NCBI GenBank assembly: GCA_038140435.1 | Contig: JAYQGE010000005.1 | Location: 2,250 to 66,249 of the forward strand | Origin: Rhodospirillaceae bacterium | GTDB lineage: Bacteria > Pseudomonadota > Alphaproteobacteria > UBA6615 | Length of the DNA stretch: 64,000 nt | Reading direction: 5' to 3' | Part shown: piece by piece, positions 10,053 to 19,422 of the stretch | Layout: the number at the start of each line of letters is the position of its first letter | How positions within the stretch are numbered: the stretch's first letter is position 1 | Notes under the pieces: model-generated | Database searches by the model: none | Told to the model about the DNA's origin: nothing | The model's input: only the letters and a program-made list of their open reading frames with translations | Made by a program: the position numbers and the translations under genes

Positions 10053-10991
10053 TCAGTCGTCGCCCGTTGCGGCTGGCAGGGATGCCTGGTTCCGCCGGAA
10101 CGGCTGCGCGACCTGGCCCACGAAGCTCTCGGGCATCGGCCCGTCGATCCCGATATTTGCCGGTGGGCGGCGGTCCGGACAGTAGAAGGTCCGGAACAGC
10201 ACGTCGTAGAGCATCAGGTTCTCGCCGTAGTTTCTGTTGCCCTCTTCGGGAATGCGCGAGTGATGCCAGCGGTGCACGGCGGGCGTGTTGAACACGTAGT
10301 TCAGCGGCCCGAACCGCATCTCGACGTTGCAGTGGGTCAGCATCCCGATGAAGGCGGTGATCGAGTTCACCCAGATGAAGATCTCCGACGGCGCGCCGGC
10401 CAGGAACAGCAGCGGCTGGCTCAAGAGGATGCTCGTCACCGTATCGACCACGTGGAACCGCCCGGTGTTGAAGAACCAGAGGCGCGGCGCGCTGTGGTGG
10501 ACGGCATGGAAGCGCCAGAGGAACGACCATTCATGGGCGAGGCGGTGGGCGGTGTAGAGCCCGGCCTCGGCGATGAACATGCCGAGCATGATCTGGAACG
10601 CCAGCGGCCAGTCGCTCGGCCAGTAGCCTGCGCCCTTGCTCGCAGCGGCCTCGGCAATGCCGATGGTGACGCCGACGACCACGAGAACCTGCGCGAAGCC
10701 CTTGTTCAGCAGCGTGTGGGCCAGGTCCGGGCCGATCTGTCCGTCGTTGGCCAGCCAGCCGCGTTCGTGCGGCAGCACGCGTTCCAGCGCGAACAGGCCC
10801 ACCGCCAGCAACAGGTAGTTGATGTTGAAGTAGATGGCGGAATGGCCGGCGGCGAAGCCGAGCCAGGTGCCATAGAGACAGGCCGCCAGGATTCCGGGCC
10901 AGAGCAGGAATGTCAGGGTATGGCACAAAACGCCGCGCCGCTTGCCGTCGCCGGTGATGGCGTCGGCTCCCCCATCGAGAACGATACTCAC
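10053..10991 (-). CDS. Sterol desaturase / fatty acid hydroxylase family protein (possibly OlsE-like)
   Basis: His boxes HRLAH, FHAVHHS, HCN, HRWHHS; GGAGG RBS before GTG at 10991. Confidence 0.85.
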   Translation of the reverse strand: MSIVLDGGADAITGDGKRRGVLCHTLTFLLWPGILAACLYGTWLGFAAGHSAIYFNINYLLLAVGLFALERVLPHERGWLANDGQIGPDLAHTLLNKGFAQVLVVVGVTIGIAEAAASKGAGYWPSDWPLAFQIMLGMFIAEAGLYTAHRLAHEWSFLWRFHAVHHSAPRLWFFNTGRFHVVDTVTSILLSQPLLFLAGAPSEIFIWVNSITAFIGMLTHCNVEMRFGPLNYVFNTPAVHRWHHSRIPEEGNRNYGENLMLYDVLFRTFYCPDRRPPANIGIDGPMPESFVGQVAQPFRRNQASLPAATGDD

Positions 10992-11111
10992 GTCCAAACC
11001 TCCGCAAGAACTGCGGGTGTTTTCAGGCACCCTCGGGCTCGGTGCCTCCCCACTCGATGTCTTTTGTCACAAAAGTCGGATGCTTTGGCAAGGGATCGCG
11101 CATCCGTGCCG

Positions 11112-12095
11112 TCACGCGGAAGGCCGGACGACCACGGTGCCCAGCTTGGCGCCGGATTCGACGTACTCGTGGGCCGCGGCGCATTCCGAAAGCGGGAAGG
11201 TCGCGGCGACGTTGTGAATGCCGTGCCCGGCGGCGAGCCAGCTCGCGATGTCCGCGCGCGCCGCGTCGATCGCGTCGCGCGGCACGCTGTGCAGTACCAT
11301 GAACCGGAGAACCGCGTTCTTCAGGGCCATGCGCATGAAGATGCCCTCGGGATCACCCGTGGAGGCATAGATCGCGATGGTTCCGCCCGGGCGGATGACC
11401 CGGCCGGATAGTCCGATGTTCGCCGCGAGATCGACCTCGACGATCCGGTCCACCCCGGCGCCCCCGGTGAGCTCGAGAATCTGCTCTGCGGCGTCGGAAG
11501 CGCGATAGTTCACGACATGTGTCGCGCCGGCTGCGCGGGCGTGTTCGGCTTTCTCGTCGGAGCTGACCGTCGCGATGACGTTTGCGCCGCCCCAGCTGGC
11601 CCACTGCACGGCATAGTGGCCGACAGCACCGGCGCCGCCGGTGACGAGGATGGTCTGGCCCGTGACCGGCCCGTCGCAAAAGACATTCCGGTGGGCGGTC
11701 ATGCAGGGGATGCCGAGACACGCGCCGGCGTCGAAGTCGAGCGCGTCGGGCAGGGGCGCCACGAGCCATGCGTCGAGGGTGATATATTCCGCCGCCGTGC
11801 CCAGCGCGCGGCCCTGGCGCTGGCCGTTGAACAGCCAGACGCGCTGGCCCTCCGCAAGGCCGGTCACGCCGTCGCCGAGCGCGTCGATTACGCCCGCCCC
11901 GTCGCTGTTGGGGATGATCCGCGGATGCTCCATGCCATATGTGCCGAGGCCCCGGCGCTTGACATCCGCCGGGTTCACGCCCGAGGCGTGGAGCTTGACC
12001 CGCACCTCGCCCGGGCCGGGGTCGGCGGCGTCCATCTCGCCATGCTCCAGGACATCCCGTGCGGGCCCGAGTTCCTCGTACCAGACTGCTTTCAT
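11112..12095 (-). CDS. NADPH:quinone reductase (zeta-crystallin/MDR family)
   Basis: ASGVNPAD, PNSDGAG, VTGGAGAVG. Confidence 0.9.
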   Translation of the reverse strand: MKAVWYEELGPARDVLEHGEMDAADPGPGEVRVKLHASGVNPADVKRRGLGTYGMEHPRIIPNSDGAGVIDALGDGVTGLAEGQRVWLFNGQRQGRALGTAAEYITLDAWLVAPLPDALDFDAGACLGIPCMTAHRNVFCDGPVTGQTILVTGGAGAVGHYAVQWASWGGANVIATVSSDEKAEHARAAGATHVVNYRASDAAEQILELTGGAGVDRIVEVDLAANIGLSGRVIRPGGTIAIYASTGDPEGIFMRMALKNAVLRFMVLHSVPRDAIDAARADIASWLAAGHGIHNVAATFPLSECAAAHEYVESGAKLGTVVVRPSA

Positions 12096-12204
12096 GACGC
12101 TTCCGTCGGTTGTTCGATGGCATCAGTGTGCCCCAGGATTACCCGTCTGCACTAGCGGGTGAGGTCCGTGTCCCGTCGCGCTAGACTGTTGAGCTCCGAG
12201 CCCG

Positions 12205-12627
12205 ATGAGCCTGACCGTCATGCCTGACTTCGAACTCCACCCCCAGCTCGCCGCAGACAGTGTTCCGGTCTGCTCCTGGCCGCTCTGCGAGGTGTTGCTG
12301 CTCAACGACGCCAACTATCCGTGGCTGGTGCTGGTGCCGGCCCGGGACGGCCTGCGGGATTTCCACGACCTGTCCCCCGACGACATGATTGCGGCGGGCC
12401 GCGAGATCAGCCGCGCCAGCGAGGCGCTGGTCGAATTGTTCGCGCCCGACAAGATCAATGTCGCGGCGCTCGGCAACATGGTCCCGCAACTGCATATACA
12501 CGTGATCGCCCGCTTCACGGACGATGCGGCCTGGCCGAACCCGATCTGGGGAGTGGTGCCGGGGGAGGCCTACGCGCCCGATGCGCTCGAAGCGCGGCTC
12601 GCCGACCTGCGCCGGGCCTTCGGCTGA
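12205..12627 (+). CDS. HIT domain protein
   Basis: FELHPQLAADS, DANYPWLVLVP, KINVAALGNMVPQLHIHVIAR; start may be ATG at 12220. Confidence 0.88.
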   Translation: MSLTVMPDFELHPQLAADSVPVCSWPLCEVLLLNDANYPWLVLVPARDGLRDFHDLSPDDMIAAGREISRASEALVELFAPDKINVAALGNMVPQLHIHVIARFTDDAAWPNPIWGVVPGEAYAPDALEARLADLRRAFG

Positions 12628-12658
12628 AGGTTTTTTAAAAAGGGCTTCGGGATAACAA

Positions 12659-15115
12659 ATGCATAACATCCTGCCCGACACGCTCGCCGACTGGTTCGCG
12701 TCGCGCGGATGGGCGCCCCATCCCCACCAGCTGGCGATGCTCGACGCGGCCACCGAAGGCCGCTCGGCCCTGCTGATCGCACCGACCGGCGGCGGCAAGA
12801 CCCTGGCCGGCTTCCTGCCGAGCCTGGTCGAGCTGACCGAAACCGATCCCGCGCCCGGGGGGCTGCACACGCTCTACATCTCGCCCCTGAAGGCGCTGGC
12901 CGTCGACATCCACCGGAACCTCGAGACCCCCATCGCCGAGATGGGGCTGCCGATCCGGGCCGAGACCCGGACGGGCGACACGCCCCAGGCAAAGCGCCAG
13001 CGCCAGCGCCGCACCCCGCCCCAGATGCTCATGACCACGCCGGAGAGCCTCGCGCTACTGCTATCCTACGAGGACGCGGCGGAGATCTTCGGCGGGCTGC
13101 GCTGCGTGATCGTCGACGAGCTGCACGCGCTCGAGGACAACAAGCGCGGTGATCTCCTCGCGCTTGGCCTGTCGCGCCTCGCCGGGCTGGCGCCGCAGGC
13201 GCGCCGGGTGGGGCTGAGCGCCACGGTGGCCAAGCCCGACCGGCTGCGTCGCTGGCTGTCGCCGACCCGCGATGCCGATGATGTGTCGCTGGTTCTTGGT
13301 GAGGCGGGCGTCGAGCCGCGCATCGAAGTTCTGGAGACGGCGGCGGAAATGCCCTGGTCGGGCCATATGGGCTCCCATGCCATGCCCGAGGTCTATGCGC
13401 GCCTGCGCGACGGCGGCACGACCATCGTCTTCGTGAACACCCGCGCCCAGGCGGAGATCGTGTTCCAGGAACTCTGGCGGATGAACGAGGACGGGCTCCG
13501 GATCGCGCTGCATCACGGCAGCCTCGCGCCCGAGCAGCGCCGCAAGGTCGAGGCGGCGATGGCGCGCGGCGACCTCGACGCGGTCGTCGCGACCTCGTCC
13601 CTCGATCTCGGCGTGGACTGGGCCGCGGTCGATCTCGTGATCCAGGTGGGTGCGCCCAAGGGTTCGACCCGATTGCTCCAGCGCGTCGGCCGCTCGAACC
13701 ACCGGATGGACAGCCCGAGCCACGCCGTTCTGGTGCCCGCCAACCGGTTCGAGGTGCTCGAATGCCGGGCGGCGGTCGAGGCGATCCGCGCTCACACGCT
13801 CGACGGCATCCCGGCCCGGCCCGGCGGGCTCGATGTGCTCGCCCAGCACATCCTGGGCACCGCCTGCTCCGGGCCCGTGGACCGCGATGCGCTCTATGAG
13901 GAGGTGCGCACCGCCGGGCCGTATATCGACCTCTCGCGCGAGGATTTCGACGACGTGTTCGAGTTCGTCGCCACCGGCGGCTACGCGCTCGGCGGCTACA
14001 AGAAGTTCCAGCGCCTGTTCCGGACGTCGAACGGCACCTACGAGATCGCCAGCCGGACGGCGGTTCGCGACTACCGGATGAATGTCGGCACCATCGTGGA
14101 AGCGCCGACCCTCAAGGTTCGCCTCGGCCGGGGCCGGGTGCTCGGCGAGGTGGAGGAGAATTTCGTCAACTACATGACCGCCGGCGACACCTTTGTCTTC
14201 TCGGGCCGGCTGCTTGAATTCGTCGAGGTGCGCGAGACAAGCGTGATCACGCGGCCCGGCAAGGGCGACGCGCCGGCCGTGCCCGCCTATGTGGGCGGCC
14301 GGCTGCCGCTCTCGACCCATCTCGCCGATCGGGTGCGGACGATCCTCTCGGATCCGCGGACCTGGGCCGATTTACCGGAGCAGGTCGCGACCTGGCTCGA
14401 CGTGCAGCGTTGGCGCTCGGTCCTGCCGCCGCGCGACGGGCTTCTGGTCGAGACCTTCCCGCGCGCCAACAAGCATTATCTCGTCGCCTACTGCTTCGAG
14501 GGCCGGAACGCCCACCAGACCCTCGGTATGCTGCTGACCCGCCGCATGGAGCGCGCCGGGCTCGGCCCGCTGGGCTTCGTCGCGACGGACTATGTCATCG
14601 GGGTCTGGAGCACGAAGTCCTGCGAGGCGGCCGACATCGACGCGCTGTTCGACGAGGACATGCTGGGCGACGACCTCGAGGCGTGGATGGCCGATTCCTC
14701 GATGCTCAAGCGGACCTTCCGCAACGTCGCGGTGATCGCCGGGCTCATCCAGCGCCGCCACCCGGGCGAGGAGAAGACCCGGCGCCAGGTCACGTTCAAC
14801 TCGGATTTGATCTACGACGTGCTCCGCTCCCACGAGCCGAACCACATCCTGCTCCGCGCCACGCGGGCCGACGCGGGATCGGGCCTGACCGACGTGCGCC
14901 GCCTGTCGGCCATGTTGTCGCGGGTGCGCGGACGCATCACCCACCGCCATCTCGACCGGGTCTCGCCGCTCGCTGTGCCGATCCTGCTCGAGATCGGGCG
15001 TGAGAGCGTCTACGGCGCGGCGATCGACGAGCTGCTGGGCGAATCGGCCGACGCGCTTATCTCCGAGGCCATGGACAATGTGGGAACCAGGGAGCTGGGC
15101 TTCGATGCGGCGTGA
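12659..15115 (+). CDS. Ligase-associated DNA damage response DEXH-box helicase (Lhr-core)
   Basis: APTGGGKT, YISPLKAL, DELH, SAT, LQRVGRSNH, LDVLAQH. Confidence 0.93.
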   Translation: MHNILPDTLADWFASRGWAPHPHQLAMLDAATEGRSALLIAPTGGGKTLAGFLPSLVELTETDPAPGGLHTLYISPLKALAVDIHRNLETPIAEMGLPIRAETRTGDTPQAKRQRQRRTPPQMLMTTPESLALLLSYEDAAEIFGGLRCVIVDELHALEDNKRGDLLALGLSRLAGLAPQARRVGLSATVAKPDRLRRWLSPTRDADDVSLVLGEAGVEPRIEVLETAAEMPWSGHMGSHAMPEVYARLRDGGTTIVFVNTRAQAEIVFQELWRMNEDGLRIALHHGSLAPEQRRKVEAAMARGDLDAVVATSSLDLGVDWAAVDLVIQVGAPKGSTRLLQRVGRSNHRMDSPSHAVLVPANRFEVLECRAAVEAIRAHTLDGIPARPGGLDVLAQHILGTACSGPVDRDALYEEVRTAGPYIDLSREDFDDVFEFVATGGYALGGYKKFQRLFRTSNGTYEIASRTAVRDYRMNVGTIVEAPTLKVRLGRGRVLGEVEENFVNYMTAGDTFVFSGRLLEFVEVRETSVITRPGKGDAPAVPAYVGGRLPLSTHLADRVRTILSDPRTWADLPEQVATWLDVQRWRSVLPPRDGLLVETFPRANKHYLVAYCFEGRNAHQTLGMLLTRRMERAGLGPLGFVATDYVIGVWSTKSCEAADIDALFDEDMLGDDLEAWMADSSMLKRTFRNVAVIAGLIQRRHPGEEKTRRQVTFNSDLIYDVLRSHEPNHILLRATRADAGSGLTDVRRLSAMLSRVRGRITHRHLDRVSPLAVPILLEIGRESVYGAAIDELLGESADALISEAMDNVGTRELGFDAA

Positions 15116-15854
15116 TCCGACGCCATCCGCGCCGAACAGGCAGGCGGCCGCGACCATGGAGATCGCGGGGCAACGGATCGTGCTCGACCATTCGGGCGCG
15201 GCGTGGCTGCCGGAGACGGGCGATTTGCTCGTCGCGGACCTGCATTTCGAGAAGGGCTCGGCCTTCGCCGCACGCGGGCAGGGGCTGCTGCCGCCCTACG
15301 ACACCGCCGAGACCCTGGGCCGCCTCGAACAGGTCTGTGCGCGGCTCAAGCCAACCCGCGTCATCTGCCTCGGCGACACACTGCACGATCTCGCCGGCGA
15401 GGCGCGCATGGCCGATGGCGACCGCCAGCGGCTCGCGCGGCTCGTCGCGAAGCAGGACTGGGTCTGGATCGCCGGCAACCACGATCCCGAGCCGCCCGCC
15501 GACTTCGGCGGAGACGCGATGGGAGAGCTGCGCATCGGCGACCTGGTGCTCTGCCACGACGTCGCCGAGCGTGCGCCAGACGTGTGTCTCGCCGCCGGCG
15601 AGGTTTGCGGGCACTACCATCCCAAGGCCGCCGTGCGGGTGCGCGGCCGGCGGATTTCCGGGCGCTGCTTCGCGACCGACGGGCGACGCCTGGTCATGCC
15701 GGCCTTCGGCGCCTTCGCCGGGGGGCTGAACGCCCGCGAGCCGGCGATTGCCGGGCTGATGGCGGGCCGGTTCCGGGTTTATCTGATCGGGCCGTCGGGC
15801 CTCTTCGCGTTCCGGCACGACCAGCTGCTGCCCGATCCAAAGCGGGCCGCCTGA
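15105..15854 (+). CDS. pdeM: Ligase-associated DNA damage response endonuclease (metallophosphoesterase)
   Basis: ADLHFEKG, LPPYDT, CLGD, GNHD, GHYHPK, MPAFGA; overlaps the helicase stop; alternative ATG at 15156. Confidence 0.88.
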   Translation: MRRDPTPSAPNRQAAATMEIAGQRIVLDHSGAAWLPETGDLLVADLHFEKGSAFAARGQGLLPPYDTAETLGRLEQVCARLKPTRVICLGDTLHDLAGEARMADGDRQRLARLVAKQDWVWIAGNHDPEPPADFGGDAMGELRIGDLVLCHDVAERAPDVCLAAGEVCGHYHPKAAVRVRGRRISGRCFATDGRRLVMPAFGAFAGGLNAREPAIAGLMAGRFRVYLIGPSGLFAFRHDQLLPDPKRAA

Positions 15855-15866
15855 CGTATCAGGTTC

Positions 15867-17312
15867 ATGACTTCGCAAAGCCCCTTCATCGTCTGGTTCC
15901 GCCAGGATCTGAGGCTCGCCGACAACCCGGTGCTCGCCGCAGCTGCCGAATCGGGCCAGCCGGTCCTGCCGCTCTTCATCCTTGATGAGGAAACCCCCGA
16001 CGTTCGGCCGGTCGGCGGGGCGTCGCGCTGGTGGTTGCACCACAGCCTGGAATCACTGGCGACGGGCCTGCGCGAGCTTGGGCTGGAACTCATTTTGCGC
16101 CGGGGACCCGCTGCGGACGTCCTCACAGATATCGTGGGCGCAACGGGCGCGGACCGGGTCGTCTGGAACCGGTGCTACGAGCCGGGCGCGATCGCCCGGG
16201 ACACCGCGGTCAAGACGATGCTCAGGGATGCGGGCGTCGCGGCCGAGAGCTTCAACGGATCATTGCTGATCGAGCCCTGGAAGATCGAAACCGGTCAGGG
16301 CGGGCCCTACAAGGTCTTCACCCCCTACTGGCGTCGCCTGCGCGAGCTCTATCAGGCACCGCCCGTGACGGCGCTACCGGAGAAGCTGCCGGCGGCCGAG
16401 CCGCAGCCCGGGGACGCACTGGAGGCATGGGCGCTGCTGCCGACCGCGCCCGACTGGGCGGGCGGGCTCCGCGAAATCTGGGAGGTCGGCGAGGACGCCG
16501 CGATGGCCCGGCTCGGCGCGTTCCTCGATGACGCGGTCGCGCGCTATCCCCGGGAGCGCGACCGGCCCGATATCGACGGCACCTCGCGCCTGTCGCCCCA
16601 TCTTCACTGGGGCGAGATTGGCCCGCACCAGGTCTGGCGCGCCGCCGCCGCGTATCTCGACAAGGGCGGTGACGCGGTCGCCGGCGCGGAGGCGCTCCTG
16701 CGCGAGCTCGCCTGGCGCGACTTCAACCACCACCTGCTGTTTCACTTCCCCGGGATTGCGACGGCCAACTGGCGCGAACAGTTCGATGGCTTTCCGTGGC
16801 GCGACGATCCGGACGCGCTCGCCCTGTGGCAGAAGGGCCGAACCGGTTATCCGCTGGTGGACGCGGGCATGCGCGAACTCTGGCACACGGGCTTCATGCA
16901 CAACCGGGTGCGCATGATAGTCGGCTCCTTCCTGATCAAGGATTTGATGATCGACTGGCGCGCGGGCGAGGCGTGGTTCTGGGACACGCTGGTGGACGCC
17001 GACCTCGCGAACAACGCCGGGAACTGGCAGTGGGTCGCGGGTTCGGGGGCCGATGCGTCGCCCTTCTTCCGGATCTTCAACCCCGTTACCCAGGGCGAGA
17101 AGTTCGATCCGGCGGGTGCCTATGTGCGGCGCTGGGTGCCGGAGTTGGCCGAGCTGCCAGACAAGTGGATCCACAAGCCGTGGGCGGCCTCTCCGGAAGT
17201 CCTCGATGCCGCCGGTGTCCGGCTCGGCGAGACCTACCCGGCGCCCATGGTCGATCATGGCATGGCGCGCGAGCGGGCGCTCGAAGCCTACCAGACGATC
17301 CGGGGGGGCTAA
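15867..17312 (+). CDS. phrB: Deoxyribodipyrimidine photolyase (CPD)
   Basis: WFRQDLRLADN, TSRLSPHLHWGEI, TGYPLVDAGMREL, MHNRVRM, NWQWVAG, FRIFNP. Confidence 0.93.
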   Translation: MTSQSPFIVWFRQDLRLADNPVLAAAAESGQPVLPLFILDEETPDVRPVGGASRWWLHHSLESLATGLRELGLELILRRGPAADVLTDIVGATGADRVVWNRCYEPGAIARDTAVKTMLRDAGVAAESFNGSLLIEPWKIETGQGGPYKVFTPYWRRLRELYQAPPVTALPEKLPAAEPQPGDALEAWALLPTAPDWAGGLREIWEVGEDAAMARLGAFLDDAVARYPRERDRPDIDGTSRLSPHLHWGEIGPHQVWRAAAAYLDKGGDAVAGAEALLRELAWRDFNHHLLFHFPGIATANWREQFDGFPWRDDPDALALWQKGRTGYPLVDAGMRELWHTGFMHNRVRMIVGSFLIKDLMIDWRAGEAWFWDTLVDADLANNAGNWQWVAGSGADASPFFRIFNPVTQGEKFDPAGAYVRRWVPELAELPDKWIHKPWAASPEVLDAAGVRLGETYPAPMVDHGMARERALEAYQTIRGG

Positions 17313-17328
17313 CTGGGCACCGTTCGCG

Positions 17329-17357
17329 TTTTCATTGATCTGTCACCGCACCGTCAC
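17329..17357 (+). promoter_or_regulatory. Pho box (PhoB site), three 11-bp-phased units
   Basis: TTTTCAT-tgat-CTGTCAC-cgca-CCGTCAC upstream of phoX. Confidence 0.8.
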
Positions 17358-17430
17358 GCTGCGTCTATAGCTGTTGGCTAAACAGCGTTCCCAGCCATTC
17401 TGATAGTCTTGTGATCCCGGAGCGGAAGAG

Positions 17431-19422
17431 ATGAACCACCAGCCCACCGAATTTGCGACGCGCGCGGAAGCCTTCGAAGCCTCCGAAGACGCACCTGCGA
17501 ACCCGTCCAAGACCAGGTCCTTCGGCGAGGTCGTGCATGCCCGTTACATCGGACGCCGGGGCCTTCTGAAGGGCATGACCGCGGTCGCCGCGCTCGCGGC
17601 CGCCACGACGCCCATGAGCACCCTCGTGTCGCGCGCGGCACACGCCGCGGCCGCGCCGTTCCGCTTCGATGAGATTTCCCACGGCGTGGACGAGACCGAT
17701 CATGTCGCGCCGGGACACAGCGCCGACGTGCTGATCCGCTGGGGCGATCCCGTGCTGGCCGGCGCGCCGGAGTTCGACCCGGCGAACCAGAGCGCGGCCG
17801 CCCAGTCCGGCCAGTTCGGCTACAACAACGATTTCATCGGCTACGCCGCGCTGCCCTTCGGGTCGGACAATCCGGAACGCGCGCTCCTCTGCGTGAACCA
17901 CGAATACACCAACGAGGAGGTGATGTTCCCGGGCATCGAACGCCAGGACAAGATCGGCTTCCCAAAGATGACACGCGCGCTGGTCGATATCGAGATCGCC
18001 GCCCATGGCGGTTCGGTCGTCCAGATCGAGAAGGTCGGTGGCAAGTGGCGCCCCGCGGCCGACCGCTCGCTCAACCGGCGGATCACGGCGGACACGCCGA
18101 TGCGCCTTTCGGGGCCGGCCGCCGGCGACGAGCGCATGAAGACCAGCGCCGATCCTACCGGCACCAGCGTGCGCGGCACGATCAACAACTGCGCAGGCGG
18201 CATGACGCCCTGGGGCACCTATCTGATGGCCGAGGAGAACTTCAACGGCTACTTCTGGGGCGAGCTTGCCGACGATCATCCCGAGGCTCGCAACTACAAG
18301 CGCTATTCGCTGCCCGGTAACTGGTACGCCTGGGGCAAGTATTACGACCGGTTCGACGTGAACAAGGAGCCCAATGAGGGCAACCGCTTCGGCTGGGTCG
18401 TCGAAGTCGATCCCTACGACCCGACCTCGACCCCGGTAAAACGCACCGCGATGGGCCGGTTCAAGCATGAGGGTGCGGAGACGATCGTCAACAGGGACGG
18501 TCGCCTCGTTGTTTACCAGGGCGACGACCAGCGCTTCGACTATCTCTACAAGTTCGTCACTCACGGGCGCTACAACCCGAATAACCGTGCGGCGAACCGT
18601 GATCTGCTCGACAGCGGCACGCTCTTCGTCGCGCGCTTCGATGCCAATGGCGGCCTGACCTGGATGCCGCTGGTGTTCGGTGCCGGACCGCTCACCCCGG
18701 TGAACGGCTTCAACAGCCAGGCCGATGTGCTGATCGAGACCCGGCGGGCCGCCGACCTTCTGGAGGCGACGCCCATGGACCGGCCGGAGGATGTGAATCC
18801 CAATCCGGTGACCGATAAGGTCTATGTGATGCTGACCAACAATTCGAAGCGCAAGGAAGCTGACGAGAACGCGCCGAACCCGCGCGCGCCGAACACGTTT
18901 GGCCACATCGTCGAACTCAGCCCGCCCGACGGCGACCACGGCGCGCTGAACTTCACCTGGGACATCCTGGTCCTGGCAGGCGATCCGGACGACCCGTCGT
19001 CCAAATGGGGCCCGGAGACCTCGCGCAACGGCTGGTTCGGCTCGCCCGACAACTGCGCGGTGGACGGTCGGGGCCGGCTCTGGATCTCGACGGACCAGGG
19101 GTCGAACTGGCCCAAGACAGGAACGGCGGACGGCACCTGGGCGATGGAGACCGAGGGCAGCGCGCGCGGCAGCGGCCGGATGTTCTACCGGGTGCCGGTG
19201 GGTGCGGAGATGTGCGGCCCGCAGTTCGCCCCCGACGACCGGACGCTCTTCGTCGCCGTCCAGCATGTCGCCGTCGATGGCGCGAAGGCATGGGCGCCGT
19301 TCGGGAAGAACTCAAGCTACGAGGACCCTGCGACCCGCTGGCCGGATTTCAAAGCGGATATGCCACCGCGTCCGTCGGTTGTCGCGATCACCAAGGACGA
19401 CGGCGGGGTGGTCGGTGGCTAG
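17431..19422 (+). CDS. phoX: PhoX family alkaline phosphatase, Tat-exported
   Basis: GRRGLLKG Tat motif, VNHEY, NNCAGG, AEENF, GRFKHE, MDRPED, SPDN, VQH. Confidence 0.95.
   Translation: MNHQPTEFATRAEAFEASEDAPANPSKTRSFGEVVHARYIGRRGLLKGMTAVAALAAATTPMSTLVSRAAHAAAAPFRFDEISHGVDETDHVAPGHSADVLIRWGDPVLAGAPEFDPANQSAAAQSGQFGYNNDFIGYAALPFGSDNPERALLCVNHEYTNEEVMFPGIERQDKIGFPKMTRALVDIEIAAHGGSVVQIEKVGGKWRPAADRSLNRRITADTPMRLSGPAAGDERMKTSADPTGTSVRGTINNCAGGMTPWGTYLMAEENFNGYFWGELADDHPEARNYKRYSLPGNWYAWGKYYDRFDVNKEPNEGNRFGWVVEVDPYDPTSTPVKRTAMGRFKHEGAETIVNRDGRLVVYQGDDQRFDYLYKFVTHGRYNPNNRAANRDLLDSGTLFVARFDANGGLTWMPLVFGAGPLTPVNGFNSQADVLIETRRAADLLEATPMDRPEDVNPNPVTDKVYVMLTNNSKRKEADENAPNPRAPNTFGHIVELSPPDGDHGALNFTWDILVLAGDPDDPSSKWGPETSRNGWFGSPDNCAVDGRGRLWISTDQGSNWPKTGTADGTWAMETEGSARGSGRMFYRVPVGAEMCGPQFAPDDRTLFVAVQHVAVDGAKAWAPFGKNSSYEDPATRWPDFKADMPPRPSVVAITKDDGGVVGG

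Noticed and set aside
12096-12204. LexA box upstream of the repair genes
   Set aside because: No GTTC-N7-GTTC or GAAC-N7-GAAC match found
19419-19422. Convergent stop overlap CTAG (also at 34996-34999)
   Set aside because: Common 4-bp convergent overlap with no further signal
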